Positions 56,327 through 64,000 of a DNA stretch of 64,000 nt are shown one piece after another (within the stretch, counting starts at the first letter, position 1; every line of letters begins with the position of its first letter). The DNA lies in the NCBI GenBank assembly GCA_913052575.1, contig CAJXFK010000003.1, forward strand, positions 1,511 to 65,510, written 5' to 3'. The notes under the pieces are model-generated. The model saw nothing but the letters and a program-made list of their open reading frames with translations. It ran no database searches and was not told the origin of the DNA. The DNA comes from an uncultured Planctomycetaceae bacterium. Lineage in GTDB: Bacteria > Planctomycetota > Planctomycetia > Pirellulales > UBA1268. Position numbers and translations under genes: made by a program.

Positions 56327-58072
56327 TTAGTTTACAGGAAGTTTCGGGATTGTTGCGGCATCGCTTGTGGGTTCGGTCTTTGTTTTAATGACGGCTTTCC
56401 GTTCAAGATGAATTTTCTTGTATTCTTCGTCTGATACGATGTAATACCAATCAGCAAAACGGCCGTTAAGTTCTTCCACTCGTTTCTTGCCTTCGGCCAC
56501 CTTTTCATCAAACGATTCCTGCTTACGGCGATTCTCACGCTCCACTTGGCGTCGAGACTCAATGGCTTTCTGCATTGCTGCTTCTGCTTCGTCGGCTTGC
56601 TTAAGCAAATCTGCAGCTGTGGGTTCTTGATCCGGAGCCGACTTTTCGTCCTCAGACTTTTCAGCCCCAGTCTTTTCATCCTCGGACTTTTCACCGTCAT
56701 CCTTATTTCCCTCACTGGCCTCCTCTCCTGGTTCTTGAGCGACCTCACCAGCCTCTTTGTTATCTTCGGGCAGGGAAGGAAGGGCCGCTAATTCCGGCTG
56801 CTCTAACAGATTCTCATTAAATTGCGCCATGACCAGAAGGTATCGAGCAGCTGTCCCAACTGACTCTGCTGTAGCATCGTCGCCTTCACCTGAATCGGCT
56901 TTCCCTGGATCCGTAACAGTCGTACCTGCACCAAAACGCAACACGTATTCAACGCCATCTTTCATACCAATCACTGTCTCACCCTCGGTTGACAAAATCA
57001 GCCCCGACGGGAGTGGAAGAAAACCCCTCTGCTGCAAAGACGACACTGCTTCAACGTCATTCACGAAACTCTCAGCAGCTTTTAAGTCTGAGCTCAGACC
57101 AGCTGGTTTACGCGCGACATCAATAATCTGCAGGTCACCAAGAGCGTTTCTAAGATCATTCAATTTCGTCGAATCTACCTCCTCATCCTCCTGTAATGCA
57201 ACGGAGACTGGATCTGATGACTCTACTGGATCTGATGACTCTTTAGCAGGGAAGGTCTCAAACGAAGACAAAACCCATGATGACTCTTTATCATCGTAAG
57301 CCAAACTAATTTTTTCATCGCGTTGCTGACGAACTTCAAGTCGCCCACCAGATTCAACTGCTGAAAGAGAATAGTTATCCAGTTCAACTGAACGAATGTC
57401 CCATGGCGTCAACTTCAGCAGGTCTTTTTCAATCCAGTCACCAAACCGTGTCGTGAACTTTGAGGTATCGAGCTCTACCCGATACACGGGGTCTTGACCT
57501 GCTTTTCGAACAAATCGCAGTCGTCGACTACCGCCACCAACTCCTGATTGCTTATCTTCTTTTCCAATAATGAGTCGTGCCAGCTTACTTCCAGCGGCAT
57601 CTCGAATCTCAATCAGTTGCCCGATACCAGTCATCCCCGGCTTAATCTTCTCCTGATCTGGCTCAATAACACCATACACCTCATGATCAGTTGCACGCGA
57701 AGTCACTACATCGAGTTTCTTCAGGTCAACGAGTTCTGTCGCAGCCGCTGCGAGCTGATCCTTTGCATCAGCTGCATAATTCTCATGAGACGGCAGCACC
57801 CACACCCCACCCGACTTAATCACCTTAAATGGGTAGAGCGTTGCCAATTCATCATCATAGCGAATGATCTCAAGACTCGCGGCTTTCTCAACGTCGGTTA
57901 ATGCTGGAAAAAGAACACGTTCAACTGCTGGTGCCACTGTCGCTGGTTTGAAACGCGGCTGTGCCGCCCATCCGAGACCCAAAAGCAAGAGTCCAGCGAC
58001 AACAAAAACAGCTGTCCTGCGCATTGCAGTATCACTGGCTCCACGTGTTTCCGGGATACTTTCCATGTTCAT
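56327..58072 (-). CDS. DUF4340-like protein with an acidic, Lys/Glu-rich C-terminal region
   Basis: N-terminal TM helix VFVVAGLLLLGLGW. GVWVLPSHENYAADAKDQLAAAATELVDLKKLDVV resembles the DUF4340 pattern. It follows a GldG-type gene, as that family typically does. Confidence 0.55.
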   Translation of the reverse strand: MNMESIPETRGASDTAMRRTAVFVVAGLLLLGLGWAAQPRFKPATVAPAVERVLFPALTDVEKAASLEIIRYDDELATLYPFKVIKSGGVWVLPSHENYAADAKDQLAAAATELVDLKKLDVVTSRATDHEVYGVIEPDQEKIKPGMTGIGQLIEIRDAAGSKLARLIIGKEDKQSGVGGGSRRLRFVRKAGQDPVYRVELDTSKFTTRFGDWIEKDLLKLTPWDIRSVELDNYSLSAVESGGRLEVRQQRDEKISLAYDDKESSWVLSSFETFPAKESSDPVESSDPVSVALQEDEEVDSTKLNDLRNALGDLQIIDVARKPAGLSSDLKAAESFVNDVEAVSSLQQRGFLPLPSGLILSTEGETVIGMKDGVEYVLRFGAGTTVTDPGKADSGEGDDATAESVGTAARYLLVMAQFNENLLEQPELAALPSLPEDNKEAGEVAQEPGEEASEGNKDDGEKSEDEKTGAEKSEDEKSAPDQEPTAADLLKQADEAEAAMQKAIESRRQVERENRRKQESFDEKVAEGKKRVEELNGRFADWYYIVSDEEYKKIHLERKAVIKTKTEPTSDAATIPKLPVN

Positions 58073-58097
58073 AGTGTTATTCTACTCCAATTAAAAT

Positions 58098-60875
58098 CTA
58101 CCTAAGTCGCGACTTTGCCACGCCCTCACGCTCCTGAGCTCGACGACGGAAAAAAACAAAAAACGCAACCACAAGGGGCGGTATCGGCGGTAGCACAACA
58201 GCTAACCATTTTTGCCAATCCTGCTCTTGCCGGATCGTTGCATCAAGAGAGCGTTCAACCTGCTCAATTTCAATATCTCGCTTCCGCTTAAGTTGCTCAA
58301 GTTTCGTATCGAGCCTTCGTTGCGCCAATCGCTGCCGGCTTGCCAACTGTTGTACTGCTTGCATTGCAGCCTGACGATTTGTATTTCCTGTCGACTCCAT
58401 ATCTTCAATTTTTTTCTCAAACTCTCCGACTTCTTTCTGCATCTCCGAATTTGCATTCTGCTCGGCCTTATCGAACTCAGTAATATATTTCTGCCGTTGA
58501 ATATCAGCCATTTCGCGTGCGTCCGCGACTGTATCCTCGATGCGCTCAAGCGTTCGATGCTTTGGCTTTCTTTTTCGGATTTCCAGAAAACGGTTGTCGT
58601 CAGAAAGTGTATCGAGAATATTAAGAACAAATGTGACATTGTCGAAGTTCAAACCAAAGACTTCATCAGGACGATTCCTAAGGCCAAAAATCTGAGGACC
58701 CATGAGATCAATGTCTGCAACGACAATTGCTCGTATAGACGTCGTCCCCTCACCTGCTGCACCCTTTTCAGCATCAACCACGCCGGAGGCTCCGGGCAAT
58801 TCACGCTCTACTGCCGCGGCAAGAACCATTGCTTTACTTCCGGGCTTTTCAAAGATTCTTAACTGACGCATATCTCCACGATTACCTAACACCTGCTCAA
58901 CTTCGATCGTGCCTGAGCGTGTTCCAGTAGTCACAAGTGGCGTCCACTCTAAGTTGGCTTTTTCATCTTTCGAAAGGGCACCTGGAAAAGGAAAAAGGAC
59001 TTCTTGGAGTCCACCCGTAATAGCATTTTCCTGATTAAAACTCTGAGTCCCACTGCCGGCGTCTGATTCACCCATTTCAGCGTCAATAAAAACGAACTCA
59101 CTCGGTAACTCAAGTTTTGGATGAGGATTATAGTCCTGCCACACAACATACGGCGACGAACCCATTTGACCCATGAGCGGCCGGCTAGTACCTGCAGCCA
59201 ACTGAAGGCCCAATACGTTCCAGAGTTGACTCAGATCCCCTTTGGGCTGATTTTGCTGCTGCTGAAGCATAGCCATTGGACCACCGCCGCCCCCTCGCTT
59301 TGGCTGTGCCGTTCCTGGAACACCGTTCATTAAAACAGGCAGCGGATCTTCAAAAATTGCAACAGGCTGTCCTGAACGAACCGCAGTTACAAAATTATTC
59401 ATCTGTTCTGGGCCAAGACTTGATGGCTGTACAACCATCAGGACGTCATATACCTCAGTCATAGGAACCGCAGGGTCAACCTGCACAACTTCGTATTGCT
59501 TCTCAAGCTCTTCTAAAACAGGCTGCCGAGGACGCTGCTGGCCAGTCGTCATATCGAAGCCTCCAAAAAGGTCGGCATCCGTTGTAACGACTCCAAGACG
59601 CTTCCTCTTCTGCTCCGCCACCGTGCATATTGAACGAATAAGCTCGTATTCGACCGGAGTTCCCCGATCAAAAAATGGCACTACAACTTTTTCTAGACCA
59701 CAAGTGAAGGCACAACCAAGAAAAATATCCTCGTCTCGAAATGCTCCTCGCTCTCTGGACAAAACCGTAACTGGTTCAATACCGAACTGTTGGCTTGCCA
59801 ATGAAGCGGCCTCTGTCTTTGTTTCAGTCTCCACTACATCGACACGTAACTTTCCACCACTCAGACGCTGAAACTGCCGCAACATGTTAAGTAGTGTCAA
59901 TCGTGTTTGAGCGTAATCCTCAGGGACCGTAGGACTCACATAGGCAGTAACCTCAATAGCTTGCTCTGCCTCGAGTTCTGATAGCAATTGCTTTGTATCA
60001 CGCGACAAGGAACTGATCTGTTCAGCTGAAAGATCCGCTCGCACGTCATATGCTCTTAACGTCAGCACGACACCAAGAGCAGCGACAGCGAGCCCCACAG
60101 TTCGCACAATAAAATGAGTTCCCATTCTCGCGCCATCTCGTCGACCCGTCCAATGACGACGGCCAATCAAAACCATCGAAACATAAAGACACACCGTCAC
60201 AATGCCCAGAAAGTAGCCAATGGCTGAAAGACTGACTATGCCTCGACCGAAATCAATGAAATTCTCGGTAAGGCTCCAAGAACGGACGAATGAAGCGGCC
60301 TTTGGCCCCATGACGCTACTAGCCTGATCAGCAACAACCAACGGAGCGTTCAGGGCTAGGCCGAGGATAAACGACACGGTCAGATTGCTTGTCAAAAAGC
60401 TTGCGACCATACCAATTGCTAGCATTGCCAGACCGACAAACCAGTAGCCTAAATAATTTGTGAAAAAGAGTCCCGGATCAGGATTACCCCAAATTTGTAA
60501 AATAATCAGATTGCACACATACGAGAAAATAAGCGCTACGGTGTAAATACCAACAGCCGAAAGGTATTTTCCTACTACAACTTCGATGTCACTTGCCGGA
60601 ATAGTCAGAATTAATTCATCCGTTCCCTGCCGACGTTCATCTGCCCAAACACTCATCGTGATTGCAGGAATAAAAACAAGCAGGATATACGGCAAATAAC
60701 GATTCATTTGATCGAGATTCGCAAGATTAGAGTTAAAAAACTCCGGTGGCCAAAAGGCGGCAAGAGAACCGAGCAGAACGAACACACATATGAATACATA
60801 TCCAGTTGGATTTGAAAAATAAGAAACAAAGTTTCGCTTGAAAACTGCATCGAGCACATACCACTTCATTGCCAA
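58098..60875 (-). CDS. ABC-2 type permease fused to a GldG-like domain (ABC-type uncharacterised transport system)
   Basis: 925 aa. The N-terminal ~250 aa have 6 TM helices (FKRNFVSYFSNPTGYVF). A large extracytoplasmic domain follows, then a C-terminal coiled coil and a TM helix. Confidence 0.65.
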   Translation of the reverse strand: MAMKWYVLDAVFKRNFVSYFSNPTGYVFICVFVLLGSLAAFWPPEFFNSNLANLDQMNRYLPYILLVFIPAITMSVWADERRQGTDELILTIPASDIEVVVGKYLSAVGIYTVALIFSYVCNLIILQIWGNPDPGLFFTNYLGYWFVGLAMLAIGMVASFLTSNLTVSFILGLALNAPLVVADQASSVMGPKAASFVRSWSLTENFIDFGRGIVSLSAIGYFLGIVTVCLYVSMVLIGRRHWTGRRDGARMGTHFIVRTVGLAVAALGVVLTLRAYDVRADLSAEQISSLSRDTKQLLSELEAEQAIEVTAYVSPTVPEDYAQTRLTLLNMLRQFQRLSGGKLRVDVVETETKTEAASLASQQFGIEPVTVLSRERGAFRDEDIFLGCAFTCGLEKVVVPFFDRGTPVEYELIRSICTVAEQKRKRLGVVTTDADLFGGFDMTTGQQRPRQPVLEELEKQYEVVQVDPAVPMTEVYDVLMVVQPSSLGPEQMNNFVTAVRSGQPVAIFEDPLPVLMNGVPGTAQPKRGGGGGPMAMLQQQQNQPKGDLSQLWNVLGLQLAAGTSRPLMGQMGSSPYVVWQDYNPHPKLELPSEFVFIDAEMGESDAGSGTQSFNQENAITGGLQEVLFPFPGALSKDEKANLEWTPLVTTGTRSGTIEVEQVLGNRGDMRQLRIFEKPGSKAMVLAAAVERELPGASGVVDAEKGAAGEGTTSIRAIVVADIDLMGPQIFGLRNRPDEVFGLNFDNVTFVLNILDTLSDDNRFLEIRKRKPKHRTLERIEDTVADAREMADIQRQKYITEFDKAEQNANSEMQKEVGEFEKKIEDMESTGNTNRQAAMQAVQQLASRQRLAQRRLDTKLEQLKRKRDIEIEQVERSLDATIRQEQDWQKWLAVVLPPIPPLVVAFFVFFRRRAQEREGVAKSRLR

Positions 60876-61014
60876 CTAATTCCTTTTCTACGAGTCAATG
60901 ACGGTTCAAACATATAATTCATTAATCAACGATCCGAGGCCATTCTTCTAGAAACAATGTGCACTACTTCAAAATATTTTCTTGCAGGAAATCTGGTTCG
61001 CTTAGAAGCTCATC

Positions 61015-61791
61015 TCATGATGCTCGTGTCAATTCATAAAACCGTTCGTCGAGTCGCTCCCCTCCGGCTGTAAGTTCTGCCGGAGTTCCGTCGAACCGCA
61101 TGCGTCCCTCTGCAATAAGAATAACCCTGTCAGCCATTGCCTCTACTTCTTGCAGAATATGAGTAGAGAGCAATACTGTTTTTTCTTGACCTAACCTTCG
61201 AATTGTTTCTCTTACTTCACGAATTTGATTTGGATCAAGCCCACTGGTTGGTTCATCGAGTATCAAGACATCCGGCTCATGCAAAAGCACCTGGGCCATT
61301 CCGACGCGTTGACGAAACCCTTTGGACAACTTACCGATCGCTTTCCCAATCACACTGCCAAGTTCACACTGTTTCACTACCGCCTCAATCCGTTCTTCGC
61401 GATACGGCGACTTAAGCCCACGTGCATCAGCAAAAAACTCGAGCAATGTTCGAGGTGTCATATCAGGATAGAGTGGCCCATTCTCTGGAAGATATCCAAG
61501 TTTCTTTGCTGCTGCGAGTCGATCAACAGACATGTCATAGCCAGCGAGCATTGCCCGCCCTGCCGATGGAGCCAGATAGCCCGTAAGCATTTTCATCGTT
61601 GTACTCTTGCCGGCACCGTTGGGCCCTAAGAACGCAACGATTTCGCCTCGCGGTACACGAAATGAAATATCCTCGGCTGCAATAAAACTGCCGTAGTATT
61701 TACAAAGTCCACTAGCTTCTATCATCGCCTCAGACCTAGTCGATGTACCAGCGTCCGCGTCCTGTGGTGGATTATTTACTGTGGCGGTCAT
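61015..61791 (-). CDS. ABC transporter ATP-binding protein (ABC-2/GldA-like)
   Basis: GPNGAGKSTTMKML, LSKGFRQRVGMAQ, LILDEPTSGLDP and LLSTH. All motifs are intact. Confidence 0.9.
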   Translation of the reverse strand: MTATVNNPPQDADAGTSTRSEAMIEASGLCKYYGSFIAAEDISFRVPRGEIVAFLGPNGAGKSTTMKMLTGYLAPSAGRAMLAGYDMSVDRLAAAKKLGYLPENGPLYPDMTPRTLLEFFADARGLKSPYREERIEAVVKQCELGSVIGKAIGKLSKGFRQRVGMAQVLLHEPDVLILDEPTSGLDPNQIREVRETIRRLGQEKTVLLSTHILQEVEAMADRVILIAEGRMRFDGTPAELTAGGERLDERFYELTRAS

Positions 61792-61886
61792 GTCTCATTC
61801 TCACTTCATTCGCATCGAACTATTTGGTTCTTAACATTAAACAGGAAGTCTTCTCAGTAGCTGCGACAGGGGAAACTTCTATCAAA

Positions 61887-63617
61887 CTATATTTTATCGA
61901 TTATTTCCGGCAAACAATCCCCTGTTGGTGAAACCGCAGGGGAACCGGATTCAATCGCTGTCTGCCACGGTTCGGCCACCTCCCGTTGCCAGCAAAGGTG
62001 AACTCGCCACTTCTCCAATGTCGCAGAACAGTCTGACCTTACGTGGACACCTCGAGTTTCAGTACGAACAAGAGCCGAATGGATCATCAGCCGGCCCACC
62101 TCAAGAAGATTCTGCAATTGCCATCCCTGAGGCCCTGGAAATTGCTGACGTAAAACATACTGACACCAACCGTCTACTGTTCGGAGAGCCTCTTGCAACG
62201 AGTCCCCAGATCGCTCGACGCCCACATGACGCCACATCAAGCTTCGCAGGGAATTTCTTATATCAGAAAGGTCTAGTGGCTCTCCTTCAGGCGGATCCGC
62301 TGGATCAACAGTCCGTAGATGAGCAAGTGATGGAACCTCAAGAGCTTCATTCTCCTCGCCTTCTCGATCTACTCCCTCGAGTTCATGATTTATTTGCTCA
62401 CCCGCACGACTTCCAAAAACAAGACCCTCGAGGAGACTATTACTCGCAAGTCGATTCGCACCATGCAAGCCCGTTGAAGCCACCTCACCTGCTGCAAAGA
62501 GACGTGGCACGGACGTTTGACCATTTGAATCTACAGCTACTCCACCGATCATATAGTGAGCTCCGGGACGGACTGGGATTCGATCCGTTGCCAAATCAAG
62601 ACCAAACTTCCTGCAGAGCTTTTCCATACCAGGAAATCTTTTTCGAACCATCTGGCTTTCGAGATGGGAAAGATCGAGATATACATTTGAGTGCGATGTT
62701 CGTCGCATAACTTCTGTAATGGCTCGCGAGACAACATCCCGTGGCGCTAATTCAGCACGTGCATCAAACTCGGGCATGAATCGATGCCCTTCACGATCTA
62801 CCAAATACGCCCCGGCTCCGCGTACCGCTTCCGTAATAAGACTTCGACTTCCACCAGCGATGTAAAGCACTGTGGGGTGGAACTGCATGAATTCCATATC
62901 CCGAACAACCGCACCTGCCCGCCATGCAAGCGCAATGCCGTCCCCACTTGCACCGGCTGGATTTGTAGACTCTCGAAATATCTGACCGGCTCCACCTGTT
63001 GCAAGAATTGTTCTCCGTGCCCAGATCATCGTCTTCCCTCGCTGGGGATGCCACACAAGAGCTCCTCTGCACACTCCTTGATGAGTGACCAGATCAATTG
63101 TGAAAGTCTCTGGCCAGACATTGATGTTCGACGTGTTTGTAGCTCGGTGTATCACGGCTCTCATGACTTCGCGGCCAGTAGCATCACCTAATGCGTGTAC
63201 TATTCTGTGATGACTATGCCCCCCTTCCTTACCAAGCTCAAGTTCACCATTCCGTTGATCAAACCTGGTGCCCCACTGAATCAGCTCTGCAATTCGTACT
63301 GGTGCTTCACGAATAATTGAATCGACTACGTGCGGTTCGCAGAGATCACCACCGGCAGTGATCGTGTCGGCAATATGGTTATCAAACCGATCTGCCGGAT
63401 CAATGACGCCGGCGATTCCACCTTGAGCCCACTGGCTCGATGAATCATCCAAATTGTCCTTGTTAATCACAAGCACTGAACGATTTGGCTCAACTGCTAA
63501 AGCTGCCCGCAGACCTGCAAGACCTCCACCGAGCACCAATACATCGGTAAACCAATGGGGCACTCGCCTTCGATCGAAGGCGACTAAGTATCGCGGCCCA
63601 GAAAACTCACTATTCAT
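61887..63617 (-). CDS. nadB: L-aspartate oxidase
   Basis: DVLVLGGGLAGLRAAL, WAQGGIA, ATGGAGQIF, HPT and ETRGVHVRSD. 576 aa with an acidic insertion near residue 420. Confidence 0.9.
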   Translation of the reverse strand: MNSEFSGPRYLVAFDRRRVPHWFTDVLVLGGGLAGLRAALAVEPNRSVLVINKDNLDDSSSQWAQGGIAGVIDPADRFDNHIADTITAGGDLCEPHVVDSIIREAPVRIAELIQWGTRFDQRNGELELGKEGGHSHHRIVHALGDATGREVMRAVIHRATNTSNINVWPETFTIDLVTHQGVCRGALVWHPQRGKTMIWARRTILATGGAGQIFRESTNPAGASGDGIALAWRAGAVVRDMEFMQFHPTVLYIAGGSRSLITEAVRGAGAYLVDREGHRFMPEFDARAELAPRDVVSRAITEVMRRTSHSNVYLDLSHLESQMVRKRFPGMEKLCRKFGLDLATDRIPVRPGAHYMIGGVAVDSNGQTSVPRLFAAGEVASTGLHGANRLASNSLLEGLVFGSRAGEQINHELEGVDREGEENEALEVPSLAHLRTVDPADPPEGEPLDLSDIRNSLRSLMWRHVGVERSGDSLQEALRTVDGWCQYVLRQQFPGPQGWQLQNLLEVGRLMIHSALVRTETRGVHVRSDCSATLEKWRVHLCWQREVAEPWQTAIESGSPAVSPTGDCLPEIIDKI

Positions 63618-64000
63618 TCACATCCACCTGACGACTACTCGCGCCTTTCAGAAAAGCCTTGAACCTCTCACGATACTCGTACGGGGGCTGAGTACGACGG
63701 CTCTCTACTTCGACTCCTTTTTTGTCATCTACATTATTACGAGAAGACCTGACTCTGTCAGTTCGTAAACCTAAACTGCGAAGTGTTTGCTCATAAGCTT
63801 GCTGTTGCCCTTGACTACCACTTACAGACGCTTTTTGCATGTTTTCCCAGCGTCGCAAAAATGCTTCGGCTTGCTTTCGCGTCCAGCCGAGTTCGCTGAG
63901 CATATCATCGTTTGTGGAACGAATGGAATCACGAAGGTGTTCCAATGCAAGATCTGTCGCCCGACGCACCGTCGAAAGATCCTGTGGTTCTGAATCTAAA
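63610..64000 (-). CDS. C-terminal part of a hypothetical protein (5' end beyond the window)
   Basis: The frame stays open to the window edge upstream of the GTG listed at 63969. Its TAG stop overlaps the nadB ATG by 8 nt (ATGAATAG). No recognised domain. Confidence 0.45.
   Translation of the reverse strand, partial: LDSEPQDLSTVRRATDLALEHLRDSIRSTNDDMLSELGWTRKQAEAFLRRWENMQKASVSGSQGQQQAYEQTLRSLGLRTDRVRSSRNNVDDKKGVEVESRRTQPPYEYRERFKAFLKGASSRQVDVNE

Noticed and set aside
56640-56700. Near-tandem ~30-nt repeats that might have been a minisatellite or a CRISPR-like array.
   Set aside because: There are only two imperfect copies. They are in frame inside the DUF4340-like CDS and encode an acidic EKSEDEK linker, so this is low-complexity coding sequence rather than an array.
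61925-62710. A 261-aa ORF antisense to nadB. Similar long antisense ORFs occur at 2182-2814 (in rplC), 58212-58862 (in the GldG-like gene), 18255-18821, 56757-57299 and 21778-22278.
   Set aside because: Each lies fully inside a well-supported CDS on the opposite strand. Their translations are low-complexity (Arg/Ser/Pro-rich) with no recognisable motifs or RBS. The recurrence of such shadow ORFs opposite many genes argues for a codon-bias artefact rather than real overlapping genes.
1-64000. I looked for rRNA and tRNA genes, CRISPR repeats, transposases and integrases, prophage genes, toxin-antitoxin pairs and known defence systems.
   Set aside because: None was recognised. Every spacer is under 400 bp, no spaced direct-repeat array is present, and no ORF carries DDE transposase, tyrosine or serine recombinase, or nuclease-helicase defence signatures. 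RecQ here looks like the housekeeping enzyme.

Overview
The window looks like a gene-dense, mostly housekeeping chromosomal segment, about 90% coding. I attribute it to a Planctomycetota (Pirellulales-like) genome. That is an inference from gene content: a DUF1559/H-X9-DG-like domain, a DUF1570-like HExxH protein, a PEGA lipoprotein, an ABC-2/GldG/DUF4340 operon, a giant LptD-like protein, an ECF sigma/anti-sigma pair, and long extensions on ribosomal proteins.

Gene content, left to right:
- The start of the S10 ribosomal operon on the minus strand (rpsJ-rplC-rplD-rplW-rplB), preceded by an EF-G-family gene.
- cstA and argS.
- A long co-directional minus-strand string: membrane protein, orphan ParA, 578-aa unknown protein, rpmA, obg, coaX, rsfS.
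- aroB, a PAP2-like secreted protein and recQ.
- A carB-rlmKL-Liv-type ABC importer string.
- An AhpD-like gene, then a DUF971, PaaK-like and PEGA gene cluster.
- A PP2C phosphatase and an LptF/G-family permease.
- A sugar isomerase, an HExxH protein and tkt.
- An ECF sigma/anti-sigma pair, a permease, an LptD-like giant outer-membrane protein and an MMPL/RND exporter.
- pepA, pepF and fabH.
- A DUF4340/GldG/ABC-2 operon, then nadB.

I recognised no rRNA, tRNA, CRISPR array, transposase, integrase or classical defence system.

The most unusual items:
1. The Liv-type ABC operon's only ATPase has degenerate catalytic motifs and is split by a ~185-aa insertion with two predicted transmembrane helices. 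No LivF follows it.
2. The anti-sigma factor's extracytoplasmic part looks like a DUF1559 (H-X9-DG pseudopilin-like) domain.
3. An EF-G paralogue sits in the tuf slot and its domain IV tip is non-canonical.
4. An orphan ParA, a membrane anchor and a 578-aa secreted unknown protein lie directly upstream of rpmA, which lacks rplU.

All family calls come from motif recognition by eye. No database search was run.
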